Positions 36,882-51,800 of a DNA stretch of 64,000 nt are shown here, piece by piece. Source of the DNA: Lytechinus pictus (Eukaryota); NCBI RefSeq assembly GCF_037042905.1, contig NC_087251.1, positions 1,674,001 to 1,738,000 of the forward strand, in the 5' to 3' direction. Position numbers and translations under genes: made by a program. The notes beneath the pieces are model-generated. The model was given only the letters and a program-made list of their open reading frames with translations. It did not search any database and had not been told where the DNA came from. Within the stretch, counting starts at the first letter, position 1. Every line of letters begins with the position of its first letter.

Positions 36882-39800
36882 ATGCCACCTATACCAGAGG
36901 CTGCCCGTATAGGAGAGCCAATTCAGATCATTACCACCAATACTGAAAGTGATGACCATTCCTTTGAATTAAACTTTGAAGCCTTGGAAAAGCTTCTTCT
37001 TGATGAGAATGTTCGAGATAAGAAGGTGTGTGTCGTCTCAGTCGCTGGAGCTTTCAGGAAAGGGAAGTCGTTCCTCCTTGATTTCATGCTCAGATACCTA
37101 AACAACCAGGTAAGTCATGTGTAACATGATTATGTTTTTCATGAACCCTTCATTATCATTTAGAAGAGATAAACTTCAAAATTCTTTATCAGCATTCAAA
37201 ATCAAGATCCTGCTCTTGCTAACTAGAATAATGCCAAAAGGGCTAATACAATGACACTTGGTTCATTGATACTTGGTTTTTACTCAGATAGATCCTTGAT
37301 ACATATATGCAGACGGCTAAATCCTGGATTCTTTTATAAGTTTGATTTATCATTGAAAAGGCAAATTATGTATGCAAAACTTATAAACATTATATCAAGT
37401 GCGATATAAATGTTGCATATTATTATTTTTATTATGTTGTAAATATTATAAATGTGATAATAAAGCATACATGTACTTGATTTGTCAGAAGTTACAATGT
37501 GCTCTACATAATTGGAGCATAAACCTTGGCTTTAGCAGAGCAGCTGTTACACACTCTTGTGTTTTAATGCATAAATGATGTGTTTACTGTAGTATCTCAT
37601 CCTTGTATTATGTTGACTACCAGGGATCAAGTGATTGGCTAGGACCAGGAGACCAACCATTAGCTGGGTTTTCATGGAGAGGAGGTTCTGAGAGAGAGAC
37701 TACAGGGATCTGGGCTTGGAGTAAAGTATTCTTGTGTCCTGGTCCTAATGGTGAAGAGGTAAGGCAACCTACATGATGAATGGAGGAACATGGTCTTGGG
37801 CAGTTCAAATACTCAAAATTCCTGACAGCTGCTGACCACTGTATTGAAAAATCTGCTGTTAGGTGCTAAATCAGGTTCTGTCTCATTGTTTTTTTCCATC
37901 CTAAAGTTGAAATCTAATAGATTTCAGTTCTTTGCAAAATTTATCATTCAAACTAATTTGATGAGGGTTTTGGGAAATTCAGTCCCACTATATTAAAACA
38001 CCTGGAAAAATTTGGGGTCTTGCAGTTTCATTTAGCCTTACATGTTTCAGTTTTATGTAGTGTTGTTTGTTACTTAGGGACAGCTTTGCAAAACACATGA
38101 TTTTGTTCTGAATATCATGCATTGAAGGATAAAAATCCGAACCTTATCTGTATTACAGCAATATTAATTCAACAAATTCTTTACAAAGTAAAATACAAAA
38201 TATATACAATATAAATGATCATAGCAAAATGACATGTGAAAGTAATAAAATCAATGTTATATGTTGAAATTAAAAAAAGGAGTAGAGTGGAATAATTGTA
38301 TACAGGGGATGACAGTAATCTTGGATATTTGTAACCACAGTATGATTCTATGGGAATAAAGTCAGTAGTTCATGTGTTTGCATGAGTAAAATAAAAAACA
38401 GAAATTATAAGCAAATGGTATTTCTTTAAAGAATTGAAGATAATATATAACTGTGGCGGAATAAGGGGGGGGGGGGTTAAAAGAATGTTGATATGGTTGG
38501 TAGAACTGCTTAAAGGGATTTTTAAAATGAGATAAGTGTATAAAAGTAAATTAATCAGGTATACCTGGCTTACACAGACATAACAAGAGACATAAATCTA
38601 ATGATTTCAATTATTTCCTGCTATACGTGTATTAACATGGAATTAGCATATTAAACAATTATACGAAGATGGGATAAAACAATTATGCCCATTGAAAACA
38701 AGCAATGATAATACATTTGTATTTAATTATATAGCATTGTAAATTTCATTGTAGCTCTATAAGCACATCATTTTTTGTAGGATCAATATATTTATTTCTT
38801 TTCTTTTTAAACTATTGACATATATTGATGTATTTAATGCCAGGACAAAATCATGGCATTTGTATTCCTGGATGAATATGTTTAAATAATAATAGAAAGT
38901 TATATAAAAAGGAACGGCAATTTGCACTGATGACATTCATTCATGATTTAAATTTTAATTGGTTTCAACTTCATATGATTACACATTGTTAAAGAATCAT
39001 TGCCCTTCTAGCCATGGTATTACAGTGTAGAGTATGACAATCAATTTATTTTCTATATTCTTCATTCCTCCGTCTCTCTATCTAATTCTTTATCTACCTT
39101 TTCTTAGTTTCTCTTTCCCTCTGTTCTTCTCTTTTATCTGTCTTCGCTGTTTTTTTCCCTTTCTATCCCATCTTTAAACAAAAAATGTGTATTCATGTTT
39201 GTTTGAAATTGAAGGTCAGTCATGTTATTTTCTCCTAGGTTGCAGTGATTTTAATGGACACACAAGGAGCCTTTGATTCTGAATCAACAGTCAGAGATTG
39301 TGCTACAGTGTTTGCTCTAAGTACCATGACCAGTTCTGTTCAGGTTAGTTCAGTATTTTGTCTAGATAAATTTGATTTGATTTGATTTGATTTGATTTTT
39401 ATTCACCAACGATAACAACATATTTACAGATGTTTACATATTACATTATTATGTCATGCATATAAATATTACAGAAATGAAACATACATGTATATGTTAA
39501 GAGCTGATAAAAGGGACCAGAAAATAGCACAAGTGCTAGTCGAGCCTGGCCCCTACACATATTAGTAATATAGGCGAATATTGAACTTTAAAGTATGTTT
39601 TTTTTTTTAAAACACAACAACTACAAAAAAACAAAATAAAATTATGAGTGTAACATTTTATGTTATATACAGAGCAATATGATAAGTTATTGATTTAATA
39701 AATGATTTCGTAATGAATTCCTGAAATCGTTTCTGGATACTTTTAGTTTGATGGCTAATGGTACATTATTCCAGTAATCACTTCCTAAGAAAGATAGAGA

Positions 39801-42800
39801 GAATTGTCCTTGAGTAGTCCGTAATTTTGGTAAATGTACTTGTCGACCTTCTTTTTGTCTTGTTGGGTATCTATGCTCTATTACATCGCAATAATCTACT
39901 AAAGAGTGAGGTAAGTTATTATTACCCAGGTCATACATGAAGGTACATATAGATAAATTGTGCATTTCAAATACATTTAGGATCTTTAAATTCTGAAATA
40001 ATACACGTGTATGAGCTCGCCACTCACTGAATGTGATGGCACGTACTGCCATTTTTTGGGTGTAAAATATACAATTTAAGCTACTCTTGTAAGTACTCCC
40101 CCACACCTCGATTCCATAAGTTATGTGTGGCTCTATGAATGCCTTGTATAATAATACTAATGTATATTTTGGTACAAAATGTCGCAACCGAAATATAATT
40201 CCTACTCTTTTACGTATACATGAATTAACTATTCGAATATGGTTCTTCCAAGTTAGATGTTTATCTATTGTTATACCTACAAAAGTTGCTTCATTAACCT
40301 CTTCAATCTCCTCTCCGGCTATTTCCAATTTACCAGCTAGTCTAATATTTTTCCTTCTGCTACCAATCAACATGAATTTCGTTTTCATAGAGTTGATAGT
40401 AAGCTTGTTTGCAACACACCATTCTTGTATTTTATTTATGTTAATATTGACTTCATTTACATCAATTTCATCTTGTCCAGCTGGGAAGGTATGAAATAGA
40501 TTAGAATCGTCTGCAAATAATCTGAAATTGAAATAATTAGAAACAGATGGTAGATCGTTTATATACAGTAAAAATAATGTTGGTCCTAGAACCGAACCTT
40601 GAGGAACACCGCATGTGATTTCCATTTTCTTAGAGACTGTCTCTTCATATTGAACAAACTGATATCTTCCTCTAAGATAGTCTTCGAACCATTTAAGCGG
40701 GAGACCGCGTATTCCATAGTGAGAGAGTTTGTTGATTAAGACATTATGATTGATCGTATCAAATGCTTTTTTGAAGTCAATGAATATCCCAAGTGTAGCT
40801 TTACTCTCATCAATTGCTTTTAAGAGAGTGTTGGACAAATTTATTAATGACAACTTAGTACTGTACTTCTTACGAAAACCATACTGGTGGTGGTAAAAAG
40901 CATTGTTTGTTTCTAAAAACTGTACTAATCGCCCGTTTGCTACTTTTTCGAAAACCTTTCCGAGCACTGGCAAAACAGATATTGGTCTATAGTTTCCAGG
41001 TTCATCTTTTGGTCCCTTTTTGTGGATAGGCGTAACTTTTGCTATTTTCATTTCATCTGGTACCCTCCCACATTCTAAAGATAAATTAAAGATATATGCC
41101 AGGACACCTGAAATGTAAACAGCACTATCTCTTAACAATCGTGCTGGTAAATTATCATGACCACAAGCTTTCTTTTCATCTAGAGTTACAAGATGATTAA
41201 AAACCTCATCCTCAGTCACAGGTTTCCAAAATAAAGAATTGTTAACTCTTGCCCCTAAGTAACGTCTATGTGACACATTTTCATTTGGCAAAGTATCTGC
41301 TAGATTCGGACCAATATTTACAAAGTAGTTATTGAATTCATTGACAATATCATTTATAGATGTAATGAGGTTATTGTCTCCATTGACCTTTTTGATAAGC
41401 CTGTCTACTTCAACAACCCTTGAATTTTTTTTCTTTCCAACCAATAATTCATTAGTGATTTCCCATGTCTTACTCGTGTTACATCGGTTTTCATATAGTA
41501 AATTGGTGTAATAAGTACGTTTTGCATTCTTTAAAATCGTAGTGAGCAAGTTTCTATATTTTTTATATTTCTTCACAATATCTTCATTGTAGTTTGTCTT
41601 TAGGACTTTTGCATATAACTTCTGTTTAACACGTATTGATTTAATTATTCCTGTAGTTATCCAGACCTTCTTTTTAATATCTTTCTTTTTTCCAATTTGT
41701 TTAGTTTTCATAGGTGCATGTTTGTTACATATATATGAGAAAGACTTGCAAAACGTAGAGTATGCAATATTTACATCATGGCAGTTTAATACCTCTTCCC
41801 AGTTGAAGACAGAAAGGTCTTCTTTAAACTGTTCAATATTGAATTTTCTGTAGCATCGATAGGTAATTTTCTTTTGATTTGAACATAACTTGGCCATGTT
41901 CTTGAATACTACAAACACTGGAAAATGGTCAGAGATATCAGTATGTATGACCCCTGAATGAGTTTCAACAGTATCAACATTTGAATAAATGTGATCTATT
42001 AAAGTTGAAGAGTCCTTGGTTACTCTTGTCGGTGATTTTATTAATTGTTCTAAACCCACACATTGTAGAGAAGAAGTGAAGTCATCAGCTATGTCTTCTA
42101 TACTTAAAATATTCACATTAAAATCACCTAACAGTACACACTTACGTTTATCTACTTTAATTGTTTGTAGTATATCTAACAGACTATCTTGGAATTCTTT
42201 TACATTTGTATTTGGTTTTCTATATATCACGGCTATGATTATCTTTAGCTCATCAGTAATATTAACTTGTAACCACAGAGATTCTGCATGGGCAATGTCA
42301 TAACTTAAGCGAGTATATTTCAAATTTGATTTAATATAGGCTCCGACTCCTCCTCCTCTCAAATCATCCTTGCGACCATCTACTTCAAGAGTATACCCTT
42401 GTAAATTTAAAACAGAGGTATTAGACGCATTCCAGACTTCTGATAAGCCAATTATATCAAATTTAGTATTCATACTATCTTCATACAACAGTCTAAGGTT
42501 ATCAATATTTTTCACTAAAGAGCGTATATTTATGTGGGTTAATTTCAAAGATAGGGATGTCTCAAAATTTAGGACTTTGTCAATATTACATGGTAATAAC
42601 TCGTAAGAAATATTTGTATCATCCATTATTCATATTTATCAGACATATTTATCAGACATATGCAGGCTAGTCAAGTTATTACTCCATATAATGTAGCTTG
42701 AAGTTTTGGTAGTTGATAGTGTCCAAGCCAATATCGAAGAGATCGTCCGGAGAAGCGATCGTCTTGTAACTGTCATCCGTGAGCTTACATACAATGTTCC

Positions 42801-45800
42801 CGTTTTGCGTACTCACTCTCTTCACAAGAGGACTTGCTTTTGCTGTCTTTAGGACAGCAAATCTCATGGGGGTAATATCCTCATTGATGTATACACCATC
42901 CATGCTGCTATCCCCTTTCAGTTTGAAACGGCCAGCATGGATGGCATCTCTCTTGCTCCTTGACACAAGGCGAACCAGAATCTGCCTCACCTTCCCTTCT
43001 GATTTTCTCCCTATGCGATGGCAGGTAGAAAGGTCCTCTTTCTTGATGGTTACTCCAACTTTTGCTGCACATTGAATAACTTTGCTCTTAAGCTTCTCCT
43101 CACTTTCCTCCTCTTTTGCACCTTGCTCACTCTCCTCTTCTGTCTCCTCTTCCTCCTTCACACCTGTGATGCGGAGATTGTCCCGCCTCAGCTGTTGTGC
43201 CAGCTCATCCTGCTTGTACTGTAGGCGAAGGAGGTGGGGGTTGACCTCCTCCTTCACTGCTGAGAGGCAGACATCCTTCACTGCCATGATGATTGCAGGA
43301 ATGGCTGCCTCAACGGCTGCTCTAACAGCCGAAGTGAGGAGATCTGCAATTAAGGCTTGTTCACATGTGAGAGAATGAAAGTAAAGTGGATGTTTATTAT
43401 TGCATGCAGAATAATGCATTATGAGCAAGCAGATCTTTAAATGTGCTGTGCAGCTTGACAGAGGATCTTACTGATGAATTTTAGGACTATATGAATAAGA
43501 ATTGGAATATTTTCTCACTATATAACAAAGAGTATCTGCAAGTGTACAGTGCGTGTGATATGTCCAATATCTTCGAGTGGAACATAAATAAATTGCATTT
43601 TATCATCGATTGACGATTATTTTAGAATTTACACCATCAAAGAGAAATAAGATTAATAGTGAAGTATATATATCTATCTTTCATATTCCAAGTAGAAAGT
43701 AGGCCTTTTTCAGTTTTTTGTTCAAATGTTCCAAATTATATTTCTAATTGATTGTGTGTTTCAGGTTTATAACTTGAGTCAAAATATCCAGGAGGATGAT
43801 CTACATCATTTACAATTGTTTACTGAGTATGGAAGACTAGCCATGGAGGAAGAGAATCCTCAAGCGAAACCATTCCAGGTGAGGTGTCAGTAATAGTTTC
43901 AAAGCATTTATTTACAGTATTTAAACAGTTCCTGTTTAGTCTATCTGGTTCGTTCAAAATTCCATTGTATACAACTAATGTATTTGTATCTACAACTGTA
44001 CAATTAATTTTTGTTAAATTAATTGTGTATATATTATGTCTGATATACTGTGCAGGAACTGTTTGAATACTGTAAGTGTGATGATATGAAACATGACAAT
44101 CATGTAGAATTGCCCCTCTGTCTTTTGATGATATACGATTTTCAAATTAAGTGTTGACCTTTTGGTATTGATGTTTTATGAGTTTGTGATTACATTGATT
44201 ACAACTTGAAATGAAGTTGATCCTTATATGAACCTGACTAGGTGTTGTGCTATCAATAGCGTAATCTGAAAAAAAAATCATATTAGATGTGATTCCAAGA
44301 CCAAACTCATAATCACCCATTGTGCTCGAGATGCAACATTCAAGTAGAATGATTAGATTTTGTTTTACTACAATAGAGATTGCTGTATCAGTGCTCTGAT
44401 CACACCTCAGATCAAGTGGCTTGTTAAAAAAATATATTGCAAATAGCAGGCAAAGGACCAAATTACATCCAATTTACAATTAAGAAATACAAATTCAAGC
44501 AATTATTAAACAAGATGTTCAGCATACATTTGAAATAAAGTTCATGGAAGGGTAACTTAAGTGATGCAGATATATTTAAGAGCATGTGATTGAAAAAATA
44601 TTAGTATTATAATTGTCAACATATTCATAGTTTCTTAAAGAAAAATATGAAGATTGTTTTTGATGACATGAAAGATACTAGAGGTTGCTGAACAAAGTTA
44701 TGAATGCATGATGGGTAAGATATTAACATAAAGAAGTGAATTGGACTTAAATTCCACATATATTCATAATCATCCACTAGTGATGTACACCATTAGGTCG
44801 TCAGTCATTAGAATTACTTGGTAGAGTAATGCCCCACATATGCCAATCTTGTGAGAATCTGTGTTCATCTGTTTTGAGTGGCATTAAATTAATAAGCTTG
44901 ACATGTATCAATTTGTGTTTGATCTGTAGTCCCTGATGTTCCTGGTTCGTGATTGGAGCTACCCATATGAATATGCCTTTGGGGAAAGTGGAGGTTCCAA
45001 ATTACTTGACAAGAAATTACATGTAAGTAACCCATAAATAATACTCTGGTATTCAAATAAGTTTGAGAATAATCATGACCAACAGCTTGTAGTTTTGCCA
45101 TTAAAGAATACATTAATATAATGATTATGATATTACAAGGTTTTTGGAAAGCACTTGTGCTGTATCTGTCAGTCTTAAAACAAGGTTCTCAACAAAGTTT
45201 GGAGTGATCATCCAAATACTGTAGACCAGCTGCGATTGGTCTCTGCAATTTTTTTGCATTTTGCTATTTCCAAGAAAGAGACTGGCTATAACATTCTGCG
45301 TACTCTTATTCAGCAATTCAGGAAATTTTAAAAAGAATTTAACTTGTAAATATTTTATTAAACATCCTATCACAATTTGTATCAAAATCCAGTTGCAGCT
45401 AATCATACAACTCGATGCAGTCTTTATAAATCTATATGTGTATGATTTGGATTCTTTTATTAGACATATTTAGGCAAAAATTATGATGTGTATCAAACTA
45501 TGTTACATTAAAAATTTCTGTGTGAATTTCAAGACCACAAATTGGCCTGAATTTGATGACTGTTCTACATATACTTGCAGCAATCAGCCAAGCATAAAGA
45601 GTTACAAGATGTTAGACGTCATATTTCCAGCTGCTTCAAGAGACTTGGCTGTTTCTTAATGCCCCATCCTGGTTTAGCTGTAGCTACCAATCCAAAGTTT
45701 GATGGTAGATTAGCAGGTATGTATCTCAACTTTCTCAATCAGATCAAAATTATTAAAGCACAATATACTTAATGGTGCCCAATGTATATTTTAGAACTTG

Positions 45801-48800
45801 TAAGAAGTTGGAAAACAAGTTTGTATGCACCCTTTATGTTGTTATGTTATTGAGCATTGGGAGGTATCACTTAAAAGTATGATTAGAGTGAATGCCTATG
45901 GTCATATTCAACATTAGAGAGTGGTACGTGGATTAGATGGCTCATAGACCAAATAGTTATTAGATGAACTGATTGTAGAATGTAAAACGGGATAAGATCA
46001 GGATGGATTGAAATGGTTGGGCATTGGTGAAGTGAAATAAGTTTGACTTTCTTTGTGATTTCAGACATCAGTGAAGAATTCAAGACCCAACTGCAGGAAT
46101 TAGCCCCTCTTCTTCTATCAAAAGACAATCTGATCGTCAAGGAGATCAACGGAACTAAGGTTACATGTCGAGCGCTTCTAGAATACTTCAAGGTCAGTTC
46201 AATGATACATTATGCATAAGTTGCTATGTCAGAAGATAAAACAACCTGTATGGTGAATAATCTCCATTTGTGTTTTGCAAGTCTAGATGAAGAGGAAACC
46301 CTCTTAAGATAAAGGTGGGAGGCCTGCCTGGAATGGTTTTAATTTGGAGTGCTGGGAATGAAATGTAAGTCAGACATTGGCATTGTTTAATAAACTAAGA
46401 TTATTTTATTATTTCTTCTACAAGCTAGTTTTCATTATGTTCACTGCATTTCAACTACCAGATTTGCTTTAATATCTATGCCTCAAGGTTCCAAGTCCTG
46501 GTAGAGGTGTTTTGGATTAGTAGAGAAGTCTCTTGACTTTTAACCACAAGGTCCGGGTTCAAATCTCATGGCAGAACTCATATTCTTTGGCAAGATTCTT
46601 ATTATCATTTGCCACTCTCCACCCAAGTGTAGGAAACATGTACCGGGTCAGTCAGACGGCAGGTCCCAAGAAAGTGGCTTCTTTCATCCAAGTGATATTC
46701 ATGACTTGAGATTTTTTGCATATTTAATGAGCTTGATGCGGACCAAAACACCTCTTTTCATTCGGTCATTGCTGCTCTAATTGTACATCGAATTTCATGA
46801 ATTTGGTATCATTGTAAAGAAGAAGAATCATTCTTTCAGGTCATGTGTTTGAATTTATTCAAAGATTTTGTAATATAGGTCAAAATTCGGATCTAAAATA
46901 TGCTACAAAATAATTATTTTCACCTGACAAAAGCTGCTATTTTCACACCTTATTTTTGATTGAGCCCAAATGATTTTTAGATCATGATAAAGCTGAATAT
47001 GTATGCTTTAAAATGATATAGGTTTCAAAATAAGAATTGGTTTAAGGACGTTCCACAGTTAAAGTGAAATCCATGTCATTTTCACCAAACTTTGCACATA
47101 GATACTTTAGAATCTTAATATTCGAAATATGCAAAAATTAACATAGGTCCATGTGCTTGATTTTTTGCTATAGAGCTTCAAAGTTCACCCAAATTGATGT
47201 TCTTAAAAATTGCGCATTCAAAAGAATTTAGCATTTTTAGACCGCCCAAGATTACTACAATGAGTTTAAACCTCTGTTACTCAGTCAAAATACATGAAAA
47301 AGTCATCAAATTTCGCAAGAGAGTTAATAATTGTATCATTAGAATGGAGAATCTATTTATAGTGCTATTTGATCGCAATTTTAAGTTAAACAGCACTGTC
47401 AGTTCTTAAAAATGACGTAAAAGATAACAAAATCCCAATCTAAAAAATGTAAAATTTAAGTATACAAACTGCAAACGTACAATAAATGCTGCACTTTATT
47501 CAAAATCCATGTCATTTTCACCAAAATTTGCAGAGTTATAGAGGAAGGTATACCTAAGAGGTACAAACATTAAAAAATAGGGGTTCATGTGCTTGTTTTT
47601 AAACTACCAGCATTTTTATTAGAGCAAATGTGCATTTTAAAACACCAAAAATGCGCCAAATACTTTGTATCTATGTGAAGAAAAAATCAAAACCACTCTA
47701 CCATTTATTCAAACTCGGGGTAATATTCGTGATTCTTGGCAGCACTGCAGAGTAAAGTATTTTGAAATTGTAGAGATTTTTTTTTTAATGGTCCGTGGAA
47801 TAATTCAATTTTTAGCTTCATAAAATAACGCATTGGATCTGCAGTTAAAGTGCAGAAGATGAGAAAAATCAGCTCATACCCGCAGCTAATTAATCACCTG
47901 TTCATCCATTGTGACGTCAGCGCGCAGAGTGTAAACTATGCGCAGATCATAATGCGCACAAACATAACTGTGGAACGTCCTTAATCGGGTCAAGATCACA
48001 CTTTTCATTTGCCAAGTACATACTGCACTCTGATTGGTCAAAGAGACCACACACTGGGAAATTCCAATGGTTCCAGTGCCTGAGTTCATGGGAAGGTCAC
48101 ACTTCCCATGTGGTAATCTCCTCAAATACCCCGCGCCTGTTGTTCTGTGAACCTTATCCAGCCAATCAGAACTCTGGATTTCATGCAAGTACAAAATTTC
48201 AGAAATCTCGTCTTGTACCTTGGTGGGAAAAGTGTGATCTTGACCCGATTAAAAGGTGCATCATATCAAGAGTGGCATTGTGAGAAAGTACAGAAGTTCA
48301 GCTTTATGGTGATATAGATATCATTGAGGCTCAAAATAAAAAGTTTTGCACAATTTGCAAAAGAAAACAGAGGAAGAAAATTCAGTTTTGAGGCACATTT
48401 TCAGGCCAGAAATTTACTTATTTAACAAAATATTGTATACAAAATAAATGACCAATATGAAAGAGTAACATTTACTCTATCTGATGGTGCAATAATATTT
48501 TATTTAACTTGAGGTTAAAACAGGTAAATTCTTAGAGAAAGAAAATCTCACGAATCACGAGATTTTGCAAGGAGGAGGATTCAGCCACGAGATGATTTGG
48601 ATGAATCTGGCCTTTTTGCTCATTAGCATAGGGACCTGCGGTCTGACTGGGGTAGGATGAAATGCCTTTAATGTTTAAGCCCCTGATCAGGGTAGCATTG
48701 CTTATTCATAGGTAATATAGAGCACTATATGAATGTTGCTTAACCCTAAATAGACTGGGCTATTTTTATGCCTATGAAGACCCTATGATCTCGGCCGTCG

Positions 48801-51800
48801 ACCGCGCTATCGTGACGAAAATTGGCACGTGCGTTACCCATGGCATAATCTCCAAGACTGTAGGATCAAATTTTCCGAAAACTCTCATAATTCATTAATT
48901 ATGCTAATTTATGCGTAAAATCAAAGATTTGCTCTTGTTAACTAAATAATGCCTCTAAACTGCTGATTTTTTATTCAGAGACTCTCTGTAGGATTCTGAT
49001 CAAATGTATATTTAAAAAAATTCAATATCACAATTCTTTTTTTATGTATTTTATTGTTTTTAAAATTTCTTATGTATTTCCTTGTTTTTCGACTTTTTGA
49101 TTTATAGTGTTTTTTTAATGGAAATTGTCCGGGACTTTATTCTGACCATAAACAAGATGAAATTAATTGAGTTTGATTAGTAAAATTGAAAATAATGATA
49201 CATTTATGAATTTTGGCTAAAAACACATTTTGCATTGGATTTGTACACAAATTCGCGTTTTTGAGCAATTTTGGGTCGACATGCACTTACGAAATGTTGC
49301 AGGATTTCGGAACCATGTACCCGGGTGTCGCAAATTTGGTCTCAAAAGTTGCGTGAGATTTGAAAATAAAGAGTCATGGAACAGCGCGGCGCCAGCTTTT
49401 CACGTTACAGATTTATCGCGAAAAATGTCGAGGGCGGGGGCTGAATCAGCCCCCCCCCCCCAGTCTTTTTAGGGTTAATGTTATTATTGTGCATCATTTC
49501 TGCCACTACATTGTCAGAGAGAAACAGGAGAAGATAACTAACTGTTACATGGGCATTTAAATGCAAGTTATTATTTTCCATGTATTTTGTATTGATTTAT
49601 TATTCTGTTGAAACTTTTTGTTTGATTCAGGCTTATATCAATATCTATCAAGGGGATGAATTGCCTGAACCCAAGACTATGTTACAGGTGAGAATTTGGC
49701 GCAAATATTCACTGCTGAATCATACGCGCCATATAAGCTAAAGCAACAACAACATGATACGTGCCGTATAAGCTATAACAAACACAATAGATATATGTAT
49801 AACAGCAGAAAGAATGTTGCAGACATATTTTTTTAGACTTAATGTTTTGTTTAATATTTCAATTGTAAATCTGTTATTTAAATTGAACTGTTTCATTCCA
49901 TGGCAATGTGTCCAAATGAATTTATGAAATAATGGATAAATTCTTATGTAAAAAATAAATTTCTAACGGGAATGGAAACAAATGTATTGCAATGCTGTGT
50001 TTGTGTAATATCTATCTATGATTAAATGACAGGTACTACCGCGAAGTATGCATAATTATATACCTTCTGTTTTTTTCAGGCGACTGCTGAGGCTAATAAC
50101 TTGGCTGCAGTAGCAAGTGCAAAGGACAAATACACAAAGGATATGGAACAGGTAGGAAGTTTGACAGTAGATAGATGATGATCACCAATATTTTTTTTGA
50201 GAGAGAGAGAGAGAGCACCATGTCCATATCCCAAGTAAATTGTTATGGTTCTGGCTCATTTACTATACTCAACTGGTTTAATAAAATATATCAGTCATTA
50301 AATTGGATTTAGCTGAGCATTGAAACCCTAAATGCTAAAGGGTTATAATTTATTGATTTTTAGCTCACCTGGTTAGAGTGCACTAAATGGAGCCAACTGG
50401 AGCCAATTCATAAATAACTATATTAGTATTATAAATATTGATTTATTTTTCATATGATTAGAATATGTTAACTTCAGGTATATTCAATGGAGGTTTAATT
50501 TATTTGTCCTTTACTCTGTTCTCAGTATGAGTAGAATCGCTTTTGAAAACATATGGTTTTTACCATGCATTCTAATTCTTAAGGTTTTTTTTGTACTCAG
50601 GTGTGCGGAGGTGACAAGCCATACCTGAGCCCCGATGAACTTGAGAAGAAACACATTCAAATCAAGGAAGAGGCCGTTAATCAGTTCAAAGAAGTACGCA
50701 AGATGGGAGGGACAGAGTACAGTAAGGAGTATGAGGATCGTCTGTTAGCTGAAATGGAAGAGTCTTATGAACAGTACATCAAACACAACGATAGCAAGAA
50801 CCTGTTCAATGTAGCACGAACCCCTATCACCCTAGTAACCACCATTCTTGCTATGTATATCCTATCAGGATTATTTGGACTTATAGGCATCTACTCCTTG
50901 TCAAATCTCGCCAACATGCTGCTAGGTTTTGCCATCTTTCTCCTCTGTACGTGGAGTTATGTCCGTTATAGTGGCCAGTGGGTTGAAGTTGGAACTTGGA
51001 TTGATACCGGAACAGAATTTGTTTGGATTTATGTAAGTTAGCATCTTGGGCCTGTACTACAAACCTTAGTGATTGACTGTACAGTTGATTTGATTGCACA
51101 ATCTGGATCAATGTTATCAATTGTGAAAATCAGCCTTACAGTAAAGTGCTTAATTTTTGATATGGAGCCCAGTTCGTTTTTTTTTCTCAGATGGTTTGAA
51201 GAAATTACAAACCCCCGACTAAAACAGAGACAGTTTCATTTATAGATAACAATTTTCTTCCGGTATTCGTATTAACATAAGAATGCAACATAAAATTGAT
51301 GAACTGTTTGTGATTTATATATTATCACAGTGAAATCTGCCATTCAAAACCTAGAAATATTGAAAATTGATTTTAATTTTGCAACCATAGCAGGTTATAA
51401 ATTTTTTTTTCAAACACGTGTAACATTGTTATTGTTAAATTACATAATTTTATTTTTATAGAAGTGATTGGATGATTGGAACGGAATATAGATCTTTGAG
51501 AATTTAATCATATACATGACTGCTGATAGATTTACTTATCTAATTTCAATGAAATTGTCTTTACCTTCCTCATCATTAGGCTTTATATTTATTATTACTG
51601 TTAAGTGGTATTGATTGTTATTGTTTATTACCATTGTACATTATTTTTATTCATTAATTTAGTTATTGAAGAAAAAAAATCATCGTGGTCTGAAATGATT
51701 GCATTAATCAGAGATGCCAGTCTTGAGGCTTTTGCCTGATTTCAGGCTCTAACAACTTATCATTTAAGGCTTTTTCAGGCTTTATATTGTACAGTACATA

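Larger units (their letters stand above)
39373..43587 (-). mobile_element. Apparently full-length, intact L2-group (Crack/Daphne-like) LINE in an atlastin intron
   Basis: Two uninterrupted ORFs, 3' AATAAA plus a (TCAAA)n tail, and a candidate TSD ATAAATT at 39366-39372 and 43588-43594. Confidence 0.9.
46500..48735 (+). mobile_element. Old tRNA-derived SINE split by a DNA transposon
   Basis: B box GGGTTCAAATC (~46555) and body CCACTCTCCACCCAAGTGT lie before 46649. The tail AGAGCACTATATGAATG lies after 48653. Confidence 0.55.

Noticed and set aside
43345..43472. Apparent GT-AG intron upstream of LINE ORF1 on the minus strand
   Set aside because: A sense intron should be lost on retrotransposition, and such motifs are common by chance in AT-rich DNA.
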